Source: a candidate division FCPU426 bacterium
GTDB lineage: Bacteria; Oederibacteriota; Muellerivitia; Muellerivitales; Muellerivitaceae
Assembly (NCBI GenBank): GCA_963738405.1
Contig: CAVTWJ010000001.1
Location: 160,001 to 224,000 of the forward strand
Length of the DNA stretch: 64,000 nt
Direction: 5' to 3'
This document shows, one piece after another, positions 55,905-64,000 of the stretch. The position numbers and the translations under genes were made by a program. The notes below the pieces were generated by a model that was not told the origin of the DNA, ran no database searches, and saw only the letters and a program-made list of their open reading frames with translations. Positions within the stretch are counted from its first letter, which is position 1, and each line of letters begins with the position of its first letter.

Positions 55905-57178
55905 GCGGTCTCCGTTCCCTGGTGCCCAAAAAATCGGAAATCTTCCTTTACGGAATCATTACCCTGCTGGGGGTGGCCATTGGATTGGCTTTCCCATTGC
56001 TCAACTATTTCAAAGCCGCCAGCCATTTTTGGTTTTTTGTCATTTGCGTTCTTTCAGGGGTTTTTGCCGCGGGCCTGATCCTCTGGGTGGTTCAAAAAAT
56101 TATCCTCCGGCCCCTGGAAGAATTTCTGGAAGCCATGGAGCGGGTTTCGGAGGGCAATCTTCAGGTCAAGGTGGAAGGCAAATACTCGGGGGATTTCGAG
56201 GCTTTGGCCAAGCATTTCAACCTGATGCTGGATTCTTTGCGTTCTTCTGTTGAACAATTGAAAAGCAGTTCGCAGGAAACGCTGCATTTGGCCCAGCAGC
56301 TCACGCAGACGATTCAACAAATGCATGGCGCAACTGAGGAAGTCTCTTCGACAATTCAAAACATTTCCCGCGGGGCGGAAGAACAGGCTCTGAAGGTTCA
56401 AGAAGCCTTTAACATTATCGACAAGATGGCAGGGAACATCCAAGTTTCCGCTGAACTTCTGAATAATTCGGAAAAGGTGGTCACCCGAGCCGTTAACGCA
56501 TCGGAATCTGGAAGCAGGTCTTTTCAAAAGACGGTCGAGCAGATGCGGGCCATCCACGAGGTGGTACAGGGTTCGACCCAGGAAGTTACGGAACTGGGAA
56601 ATCGGTCCAAAGCCATCGGCAAGGTGGTGGATGTCATCACCCAAATCGCGGACCAAACCAACTTGCTGGCCTTAAACGCCGCGATCGAAGCCGCACGGGC
56701 GGGTGAATACGGCCGGGGGTTTGCGGTGGTGGCCGAAGAGGTAAAGAAGCTGGCGGATGGTTCGGCGGAAGCCGCCAATAAAATTTCGGTGATTATCCGG
56801 GAAATTCAAAAAGAAATTTCGAAAGTCGTAAGCACGATGAGCGAGGGTGCTGAAAAAGTGTCAGAGGGCCTGGTGGTTGTGACCGAAGGCGGGGAAGCGC
56901 TGAAAGAAATTCAGGGAGCTTCAGACGAGGTCGTGAAGCAGGTTCAGGAAATTTCCAAATCTTTTGAGAATCAAGCGGACCAGGCCTCGAACGTGGTTGA
57001 AGCCATTACCAATATCGTCGCCGTATCCGAGGAAAACGCCTCGGCCACGGAGGAAATTTCTGCCTCCACAGAGGAACTTACTGCTTCTATGGAATCCATG
57101 GTCGCGGCAGCGCGCCAACTGGAGGGTGTTGCCCAGCGGTTGAAAGATGCCGCGGCTAATTTCAAAGATGTAGGGTAA
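55901..57178 (+). CDS. Methyl-accepting chemotaxis protein (2 TM, HAMP, no periplasmic sensor)
   Basis: [41 protein letters not shown] after TM2. Confidence 0.95.
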   Translation: MSGLRSLVPKKSEIFLYGIITLLGVAIGLAFPLLNYFKAASHFWFFVICVLSGVFAAGLILWVVQKIILRPLEEFLEAMERVSEGNLQVKVEGKYSGDFEALAKHFNLMLDSLRSSVEQLKSSSQETLHLAQQLTQTIQQMHGATEEVSSTIQNISRGAEEQALKVQEAFNIIDKMAGNIQVSAELLNNSEKVVTRAVNASESGSRSFQKTVEQMRAIHEVVQGSTQEVTELGNRSKAIGKVVDVITQIADQTNLLALNAAIEAARAGEYGRGFAVVAEEVKKLADGSAEAANKISVIIREIQKEISKVVSTMSEGAEKVSEGLVVVTEGGEALKEIQGASDEVVKQVQEISKSFENQADQASNVVEAITNIVAVSEENASATEEISASTEELTASMESMVAAARQLEGVAQRLKDAAANFKDVG

Positions 57179-57302
57179 AAGCCTTCTTGAAGGCCCAAAA
57201 CCCTCTTGAAAACAGATAAAAAATGTTTATATTTTCTGTCGGTCGTTTATAGTCTCTGCCTGATAGTTATTGCCATTATCAATTTTTCTTAAGGGTCCTC
57301 CA

Positions 57303-58247
57303 ATGATCGAAGTTAAAGACCTCGTGAAAATGTACGGCACCACGACGGCTGTGGACCGGGTGACCTTCTCTGTTCCCAAAGGAACCATTTTGGGCCTATT
57401 AGGCCCGAACGGTGCAGGCAAAACCACGACCATGAGGGTCATTACGACTTCCCTCCCCCCAAACGGAGGAAAGGTTTCGGTGGGTGGGTATGACGTGACC
57501 GATGCCCCTCAAGAAGTTCGCAAGCGCATCGGATATCTGCCCGAAATTCCTCCCATTTATGGCGATATGACCATCATCAATTACCTTAAATTCGTTGCGG
57601 ATATTAAAGACGTTCCGCAAGATCAGAAGACGAACCGCATCGGAGAAGTGCTTGAAATGCTCTCCCTTGAGGATATTAGCCGACGTCTTATCTCGCATCT
57701 TTCCCTGGGTTATCGGCAAAGGGTTGGCTTAGCCCAGGCGCTGATCCATGATCCTGAAGTTTTGATCTTGGATGAACCGACACGGGGTCTCGATCCCAAA
57801 CAGATTCTTGAAATCCGAAAACTCATCAAATCCCTGAGTGGCCGCAAAACCATCATACTTTCCACCCACATCCTGCCTGAAGTTGCCTCTACATGTGACA
57901 ATGTGGTCATCATCGATCAGGGCAAGGTCGTGGCGGCTGATACGATGGAAAACCTTTCTCAAAGGCTGGAAGGGGCAAAAACGCTTGAAGTCGAGGTAAA
58001 GGGCCCTGCCACTGACATCAAAACGGCTTTAGAACGGGCAACAGGAGTTTCTTCGGTAAAAGTCATCGGAAAAGAAAGCCGGGGCGCCACCAAATTTGAA
58101 ATCGTGACCGATGGGTCCAACGAGGCGCGGGAGGCTCTCTTCAACAGCGTGGTGAAGAACAAATGGGTTCTTTATCAGTTAAGCCCTGTTGGCATGAGCC
58201 TGGAAGATGTCTTCCTTAAGTTGACGACTAAGGAATCAGCGTCATGA
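57303..58247 (+). CDS. ABC transporter ATP-binding protein (GldA-like)
   Basis: GPNGAGKTT, LSLGYRQRVGLAQAL, LDEPT, STH, SLEDVFLKLT. Confidence 0.92.
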   Translation: MIEVKDLVKMYGTTTAVDRVTFSVPKGTILGLLGPNGAGKTTTMRVITTSLPPNGGKVSVGGYDVTDAPQEVRKRIGYLPEIPPIYGDMTIINYLKFVADIKDVPQDQKTNRIGEVLEMLSLEDISRRLISHLSLGYRQRVGLAQALIHDPEVLILDEPTRGLDPKQILEIRKLIKSLSGRKTIILSTHILPEVASTCDNVVIIDQGKVVAADTMENLSQRLEGAKTLEVEVKGPATDIKTALERATGVSSVKVIGKESRGATKFEIVTDGSNEAREALFNSVVKNKWVLYQLSPVGMSLEDVFLKLTTKESAS

Positions 58248-58326
58248 TTCGGTATTCAATGAAGTTTAAAATGGTTTCGAATTCCTGTCAGACGCCTAGG
58301 TCTAAACCGTTCAAAGGAGTCGTTTC

Positions 58327-59040
58327 GTGAACGCCCGGAAAATAATGGCTCTTGTGATGAAAGATCTGACGCAATATTTCGCCTCTCCTATGGGTTATCT
58401 TGTTTTGGCTGTTTATTTTCTGGTGGGTGGTTTTTTCTTCTGGCTCATAGCGGTTCAAAGCCGTAATGCAAGCATGATTCCTGTTTTTCAGAATACCGTC
58501 ATATTGCTGCTTTTTATCACGCCCATGATCACGATGAGGCTCTGGTCCGAGGAAGAGAAATCAGGAACAGCGGAACTTCTTTGCACCTCGCCGCTAACTC
58601 TTTGGGAAATCGTTCTGGCAAAGTATTTTGCGGTGCTGGCTTTTTTTGGCGCCATGCTTGCCTCCACCTTGGTTTACCTTGTCGTCATGCTGTCGGCTGG
58701 AAATCCGGATTTGGGTCCGGTCGTGGCCAATTATCTTGGCTATATGTTGACCGCAGGCGCTTTTTTTGCCTTAGGGCTGCTGGCCTCGACCTTGAGTGAA
58801 AATCAAATTGTATCGGCGGTGATTGCCTACGGAATGCTTCTGATGTTGTGGGTGATAGGAGCTGCCGGGGGAAATGTCCAGGGTCCGCTCGGAGATTTTC
58901 TAAAGTACGTTTCGGTATTTGAACATCTGGACGATTTTTTCAAAGGAGTTGTGGATTTGACACACGTCTTCTATTTCCTCAGCATTATCTTCTTGGGGCT
59001 TTTTCTTTCTGTGAAAGTCCTTGAAAGCAAGAGGAGTTAA
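58327..59040 (+). CDS. ABC-2 permease (GldF-like)
   Basis: YFASPMGY, PMITMRLWSEEEKSGTAELL, ENQIVSA; six TM helices. Confidence 0.9.
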   Translation: MNARKIMALVMKDLTQYFASPMGYLVLAVYFLVGGFFFWLIAVQSRNASMIPVFQNTVILLLFITPMITMRLWSEEEKSGTAELLCTSPLTLWEIVLAKYFAVLAFFGAMLASTLVYLVVMLSAGNPDLGPVVANYLGYMLTAGAFFALGLLASTLSENQIVSAVIAYGMLLMLWVIGAAGGNVQGPLGDFLKYVSVFEHLDDFFKGVVDLTHVFYFLSIIFLGLFLSVKVLESKRS

Positions 59041-59042
59041 CC

Positions 59043-60659
59043 TTGGGCCAAACACCTTTTATTCTCAAAGTCAGAACCTACAACCAGCCGCTAGTGATTG
59101 TGGGTTTGGTTCTTGTTCTGGCGGGCATTCTTGCGGTCCTTATTTTTAATACCACCAACTGGTGGAACCTGACCCTGGTTGGTTTAGGGGTTGTGGCGCT
59201 CGGTCTGTTCCTGGCGGCTAATCTGGCTGAGGTGAAAGAGACGGGGAAAAAGAAGTCCACCCTGGTCCGGGCAAATCTAACCTTGGTAGCCCTCGCTATG
59301 GTCGGGATCGTTTTTGGCTTGAATTATGTTATTTCCCGCCATCCGATCCGCTTCGACCTGACGTCCAACAAACTTTATACCCTCTCGGACCAGACCACGG
59401 GGGTTTTGAAAGCGCTCAAGCAGGATGTGAATGTTTCCATGTTCGTCTCCAACAAGCGGCAGACCAACGTCCAAGCCGAAGTCCAGCGTGCCCAGCAGCT
59501 TTTGCAGGAATACACCAAAATAGGCACTAAGTTTCATTTCAAGGTTGTGGATGTCGACCAGAATCCATCGGAAGCTAAACGCCTGGGAATACATGAGTAC
59601 AACACGGTCGTTTTTGAAAGCGGAGATAACAGAAAGGATGTCCTTCAACGCGATTATGTGACCTACTCCATGCAGGGCCGCCAGCCTGTACCCAAATTCC
59701 AGGGAGAGGGAGCTTTCACCTCCGCTCTCGTTAAAATGAATGACACGTCCCATCCTGTTTTTTATTTCACGGAGGGCCATGGTGAAAAGGAGTCGGGGAA
59801 TCCACAGCCGGAAGGGTTCAACACCTTTAAAGAGATGTTGGATCAGCAGAATTATTCGGTCAAAACCGTCAATTTGTTGACCTCGGGCAAAATCCCCGAT
59901 GATGCAACTGGATTGGCCATCGTCGGCCCCACCCATCCATTTCAACCGGCGGAATCGGCGCTTATCGATGACTACCTCAAAAAAGGCGGCAAGCTGGTCC
60001 TGTGTGTGGATCCGGGCGTGAAAGTGGGCTTGGAACCTGTTCTGAAGGATTTCGGCATCAAACTTGGCAACGATCTCGTTGTAGATGAGACCAGCTACGC
60101 TTTTCCCGACGTTCGCGTGGTCATACCTCAATATTTGTCCCAGTCGATAGTGGAAAAACTAGCTGATGGCCATATTGCGACCTTGATGCCATATACCCGA
60201 AGCGTTCAAATCCAAGCCCCCGCGTTAAAAGATGTGATCCAAACCCCTTTCATGCAAACGACTGATAAGGGATGGGCCTTAAATGATTTAAAAACCAAGA
60301 CGCTTAAATTTCATGCAGGAGTGGATGCCAAAGGGCCCGTTACTATGGCAGTGGCTTGCGAATGGACTCTCCCTGCGGACGCCTCAAAGAAGGCTCGTGT
60401 GGTGGTTTTTGGGAATTCCAACCTATTTACCAACCAATTTCTCCAGGGCCCGGGGAATTTGGATGTGGGGTTGAACACTTTCAGCTGGGTGGCGTTGGAT
60501 GAAAACAAAATCTCCATCCATCCCAAAGAAGATGACATGCGGGTTATGAATCTCTCGAATGTGGGGGCGAACTTTATTTACTACCTGACGGTTTGGGTAA
60601 TGCCCCTGGCGATCTTGGCCCTGGGCGGATGGGTCTGGTACCGCCGCCGTTCCTTATGA
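59043..60659 (+). CDS. ABC transporter auxiliary protein (GldG-like)
   Basis: RFDLTSNKLYTLSDQT, YFTEGHGE, YLKKGGKL, RVVVFGNS; N- and C-terminal TMs. Confidence 0.88.
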   Translation: MGQTPFILKVRTYNQPLVIVGLVLVLAGILAVLIFNTTNWWNLTLVGLGVVALGLFLAANLAEVKETGKKKSTLVRANLTLVALAMVGIVFGLNYVISRHPIRFDLTSNKLYTLSDQTTGVLKALKQDVNVSMFVSNKRQTNVQAEVQRAQQLLQEYTKIGTKFHFKVVDVDQNPSEAKRLGIHEYNTVVFESGDNRKDVLQRDYVTYSMQGRQPVPKFQGEGAFTSALVKMNDTSHPVFYFTEGHGEKESGNPQPEGFNTFKEMLDQQNYSVKTVNLLTSGKIPDDATGLAIVGPTHPFQPAESALIDDYLKKGGKLVLCVDPGVKVGLEPVLKDFGIKLGNDLVVDETSYAFPDVRVVIPQYLSQSIVEKLADGHIATLMPYTRSVQIQAPALKDVIQTPFMQTTDKGWALNDLKTKTLKFHAGVDAKGPVTMAVACEWTLPADASKKARVVVFGNSNLFTNQFLQGPGNLDVGLNTFSWVALDENKISIHPKEDDMRVMNLSNVGANFIYYLTVWVMPLAILALGGWVWYRRRSL

Positions 60660-62038
60660 AAAGCTTCAAATCTACCCTCGTTTTATTGGTTTTGGGAATT
60701 GCCCTCGGCGCATATATCTTTTTTTTCGAGCGCGGACCCAAGAAGGATGATACCGAGAAGAAAGACAAGGTTTTCACCAGCTTCGTAGCGGATGATGTCC
60801 AAGAAATCCGAGTGGAGTATCCGGGCAATACCTTGACCGGGAAAAATATACCCCTCACCATCAAAAAAGATGATAAGGGCGCATGGCAGATAACCCAGCC
60901 GGTGAAGCTTAAGGCGGATGAAACCATTGTGCGCCAGACCCTGACCAGTGTGGGGCAAATGGCTCCCGATGACAGCCTGGCGACGCCAGGAAATCTTGCC
61001 GATTACGGTTTAGTCAATCCCTCCGCCAAATTCACCTTTATTTCCAAGGGAAAAGCGCCAGACGTTTTATTGGTGGGGGACAAGACAGTTGCCAGCACCG
61101 ATTATTATTGTTTGAACCCCGCATTGAAGACGGTGTTTTTGATCCCGCCCTACATTCCGGAAGGGTTAATGAAAAGCCCTAATGATATGCGTGAGCATTC
61201 GATTGTTAAGACTGATCTCGTTGCCGCCCAGAAGGTAGCAATGACGTTCCAAAGCAAGACCTTGGTTTTGATCAAAGACGACAAGAATGTTTGGAATATC
61301 GAAAAACCCATTAAGGAAAAGGCTGATCCCGGAAAAGTCCGCGATCTCCTGAACCAAATCAATTCTTCAAGGGTGGATGAGTTTGTGGAGGACAATCCAC
61401 GTTCCCTGGCGCCTTACGGCCTTTCAACCCCTAGGGCTTCCATTACCATTTGGCCCGCCGACCACACTCCGCCAACGACGCTTCTTTTAGGCCGCCAGAA
61501 ATTAAAAGCGACGACTTTCTTCGCCAAGGTGGAGGGCCAGAATTCAGTCTTTTTACTGCCCACTTTCATTGACACAACCCTTCACTTCAAACTTAATGAT
61601 TTTAGGGATAAAAGCGTCATGGGATTTGACCTGGCCCAGGTTAAATCCTTAACGGTCCGGCATAACCAGCAGGTTTATACTTACCAAAAGGACGCAAAAG
61701 GACAGTGGACAAGTACCAGCCGCATGCAGGCTTCCACTGAGGCATCGGCCATCATTAACGGTTTGGCCCAAACTACCATTGCCGATTTTGCGGCCCCTAA
61801 TACCCAAACGGGGGTTCAAACCCCATCTTATACGGCTGAAGTGGCCTTAAGTGACGGTACTATCCGCCGGTATCGTTTTGGCCGCAGGGAGAAGGAGCAG
61901 GTCTACCTGGCTTCGGACAAAACCAAGGATATTTACCTGGTTTCTCCTTCGACTCTTTCGCAAATGGAATCCTTTTACAATGTTATCTTGACACCCCTTC
62001 CCGCAGTTGCTGTTACGCCGGTTTCAGCCAAACCCTAG
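60656..62038 (+). CDS. DUF4340-domain periplasmic protein
   Basis: Repeated W.I..P...AD and L..YGL..P motifs; ATGA overlap with the GldG-like gene. Confidence 0.8.
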   Translation: MKSFKSTLVLLVLGIALGAYIFFFERGPKKDDTEKKDKVFTSFVADDVQEIRVEYPGNTLTGKNIPLTIKKDDKGAWQITQPVKLKADETIVRQTLTSVGQMAPDDSLATPGNLADYGLVNPSAKFTFISKGKAPDVLLVGDKTVASTDYYCLNPALKTVFLIPPYIPEGLMKSPNDMREHSIVKTDLVAAQKVAMTFQSKTLVLIKDDKNVWNIEKPIKEKADPGKVRDLLNQINSSRVDEFVEDNPRSLAPYGLSTPRASITIWPADHTPPTTLLLGRQKLKATTFFAKVEGQNSVFLLPTFIDTTLHFKLNDFRDKSVMGFDLAQVKSLTVRHNQQVYTYQKDAKGQWTSTSRMQASTEASAIINGLAQTTIADFAAPNTQTGVQTPSYTAEVALSDGTIRRYRFGRREKEQVYLASDKTKDIYLVSPSTLSQMESFYNVILTPLPAVAVTPVSAKP

Positions 62039-62095
62039 GATTTTTTTTAGCCGTCCCGGATTAATTTTTGTTAAAGGCCTTCGGTCCGTTAAAGT

Positions 62096-62866
62096 ATGTC
62101 CATGGTAAGCCCCCTCGCCGACAAGCCCCGCTATTTTTTCGATCACCTCATGGAATTGCGCCAGGTTCTGGTACAAAGTCTGATCGCGATGACCCTTGGG
62201 GTCGGAATTGCCTTTTGGAAATCGGCGCTTCTATTTGAGATTCTTGAACACCCCTACCGGCGTGCCCTAGCCCATTTTCCACAGGCCGAAACCCAGATCA
62301 GCGCCCTTAAGACGCTGGTTCCTATCGAAGCTTTCATGATCAACATGAAATTGGCCACGGCGGCAGGAATCGTGCTGGCGTCGCCCTTTCTTTTATGGAG
62401 GCTTTGGATTTTCGTTGTTCCGGCCTTGAAACCTTCCGAACGCACGGCCCTATTGGCCGTGCTTACACTGGGGCTTTTCTTTTTTGGGGGAGGATTGTGT
62501 TTCAGTTATTTTTTGGTGATTCCGCTGGCGCTGGAATTTTTACTGCGGTACAACCTGGATTTTCAGTTTATTCCCCAATGGACTCTTCAGGGTTATTTTG
62601 ATTTTACACTGAATTTTTCCTTAATTTTCGGGACGTTGTTTGAACTCCCTCTGGTATTGGCGGCCCTGGCGGCTGTTGGGATCGCGACACCTCAATTTTT
62701 GGCCCACAAGCGCAAACACGCCATTCTTGCTATTTTCGCTTTGGCCGCGATCGTGGCCCCCAGCGCCGACCCGGTAACTCAAACGATCGTGGCTGTCCCC
62801 TTGGTGTTTTTATACGAAGTTGGTATCTGGCTCTCCTGGCTGGTGGTCCGCAGAAAAAAAGCTTGA
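62096..62866 (+). CDS. tatC: Twin-arginine translocase subunit TatC
   Basis: DHLMELR, WIFVVPAL..SE, FELP, PSADPVTQ..VAVPL..LYE. Confidence 0.95.
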   Translation: MSMVSPLADKPRYFFDHLMELRQVLVQSLIAMTLGVGIAFWKSALLFEILEHPYRRALAHFPQAETQISALKTLVPIEAFMINMKLATAAGIVLASPFLLWRLWIFVVPALKPSERTALLAVLTLGLFFFGGGLCFSYFLVIPLALEFLLRYNLDFQFIPQWTLQGYFDFTLNFSLIFGTLFELPLVLAALAAVGIATPQFLAHKRKHAILAIFALAAIVAPSADPVTQTIVAVPLVFLYEVGIWLSWLVVRRKKA

Positions 62867-62927
62867 TTGGAATAACATCAGCCGAAAGGTAGGCCGCCAA
62901 AGGTTATTTGGGGTTTCTGGGCCTTCG

Positions 62928-62956
62928 TTGACTTTTCCAAAACAGCAGACCATAAT
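62928..62956 (+). promoter_or_regulatory. Sigma70-type promoter of fsa
   Basis: TTGACT-N17-CATAAT. Confidence 0.6.
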
Positions 62957-63028
62957 TCCACTCGGCTGAAATTCTTGAACCCTCATTAGGGTTTTGGACC
63001 ATTAAATGGATGGAAATCGGAGGATGGC

Positions 63029-63679
63029 ATGAAATTTTTCTTAGATACAGCGAATCTGGATGAAATTAAGCAAGGTGTTGCTTGGGGAATTGTGGATGGC
63101 GTAACCACCAACCCTTCCCTGGTTGCCAAAGAAGGGGTCAGTTTCCATACCCGGGTAAAAGAAATTTGCGCCGTGGTGAATGGTTCGGTTTCCGCGGAGG
63201 TTACCGCGACCGACTTTGAGGGAATGATCCGGGAGGGCCATATTTTGGCCAACCTGCATCCCAATGTCACGGTAAAGGTTCCCTTGATTCCGGACGGAAT
63301 CCGCGCTTGCAAGGCCTTGAGCGCCGAGGGTATCAAGGTCAACGTTACGCTTTGTTTTTCACCCGCGCAGGCTCTATTAGCGGCAAAGGCGGGGGCGACC
63401 TACATTAGTCCTTTCGTGGGACGTTTGGATGACGTGGCTTCGGATGGAATGAAACTGGTCGAAGATATTGTCCGCATTTACGACAACTATAATTATCAAA
63501 CCCAGGTGTTGGCCGCCTCCCTGAGGCATCCCGAGCATATTATTCAAGCCGCGCTCATCGGGGCGGATGTCGGCACGATGCCCTTTCCGGTTATGAAGAT
63601 GTTGTTTAACCATCCCCTGACCGATCTTGGGCTGAAAAAATTTCTGGAAGACTGGGAAAAGGTCAAGGGTAAGGTTTAA
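63029..63679 (+). CDS. fsa: Transaldolase / fructose-6-phosphate aldolase family (short type)
   Basis: [42 protein letters not shown]. Confidence 0.93.
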   Translation: MKFFLDTANLDEIKQGVAWGIVDGVTTNPSLVAKEGVSFHTRVKEICAVVNGSVSAEVTATDFEGMIREGHILANLHPNVTVKVPLIPDGIRACKALSAEGIKVNVTLCFSPAQALLAAKAGATYISPFVGRLDDVASDGMKLVEDIVRIYDNYNYQTQVLAASLRHPEHIIQAALIGADVGTMPFPVMKMLFNHPLTDLGLKKFLEDWEKVKGKV

Positions 63680-63699
63680 TTCGATACGAGCCCGCTGCC

Positions 63700-63930
63700 T
63701 TGGACTTTTCGCAATTAGGGAAGGGACTGGTTGTTGCGGGCCTTGGGCTGGCGCTGCTGGGCGGGCTGATTTGGTTTTCAGGCAAGATGCCTTTCTTGGG
63801 TCGGCTTCCGGGCGATATCCGAATTGAGAAACCTTCATTTTCATTTTATTTTCCCCTTGGGACATGCTTGTTTTTGTCTCTTTTTCTTACATTGGTTTTT
63901 TGGGCTATCTCTTTTTTTAAGAATCACTGA
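63700..63930 (+). CDS. DUF2905 small membrane protein
   Basis: GRLPGDIRIE...FYFPLGTC between two TM helices. Confidence 0.88.
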   Translation: MDFSQLGKGLVVAGLGLALLGGLIWFSGKMPFLGRLPGDIRIEKPSFSFYFPLGTCLFLSLFLTLVFWAISFFKNH

Positions 63931-64000
63931 TCGACCCATTGAGGTATTAATTCGTTGAGACGATATTTTTTAATATTTTTAATGCTCTCTGCCGGTTGCG

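Noticed and set aside
62881..62925. GCC-GAAA-GGT...GCCGCCAAAG resembling GEMM riboswitch P1
   Set aside because: No GGCAAA start or P2/receptor, and it lies upstream of the predicted fsa promoter.

Overview
Bacterial chromosomal window with every credible gene on the + strand. About 1.8-45.6 kb is one near-complete flagellar supercluster: flgBC-fliEFGHIJ-motAB-fliLMY/N-fliOPQR-flhBAFG-fliA-fapA, then flgFGAHIJ-yvyF-like-flgMNK-fliK-flgD-TIGR02530-flgE and flbD. It is preceded by a GAF-GGDEF diguanylate cyclase and a small MerR-type regulator. Gene content is Firmicutes/spirochete-like, but flgAHI show a diderm envelope; this and the PorV-like/CTD proteins suggest a poorly characterised lineage (inference). 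No fliC, fliD, fliS, flgL or che genes are in the window. Downstream lie tRNA-Phe, PMM/PGM, rlmH, a FecR-domain protein, a DinG helicase, ruvB, a sensorless MCP, a GldAFG-like ABC system with DUF4340, tatC, fsa/tal and DUF2905. Most notable: (1) a covarying RNA hairpin motif (stem-GGA-stem-loop-stem-A-stem) shared by the flgG and flgE leaders, next to the uncharacterised TIGR02530 protein; (2) four PorV/FadL-like outer-membrane barrels, two fused to extra domains inside the rod/ring operon and two beside a T9SS-CTD-like Thr/Pro-stalk protein; (3) two matching non-canonical sigma28-type promoters, one driving flgD-flgE; (4) a giant FliK, an enlarged FlgE and a degenerate FlgK without flgL. All family calls are by motif recognition; no database searches were run.
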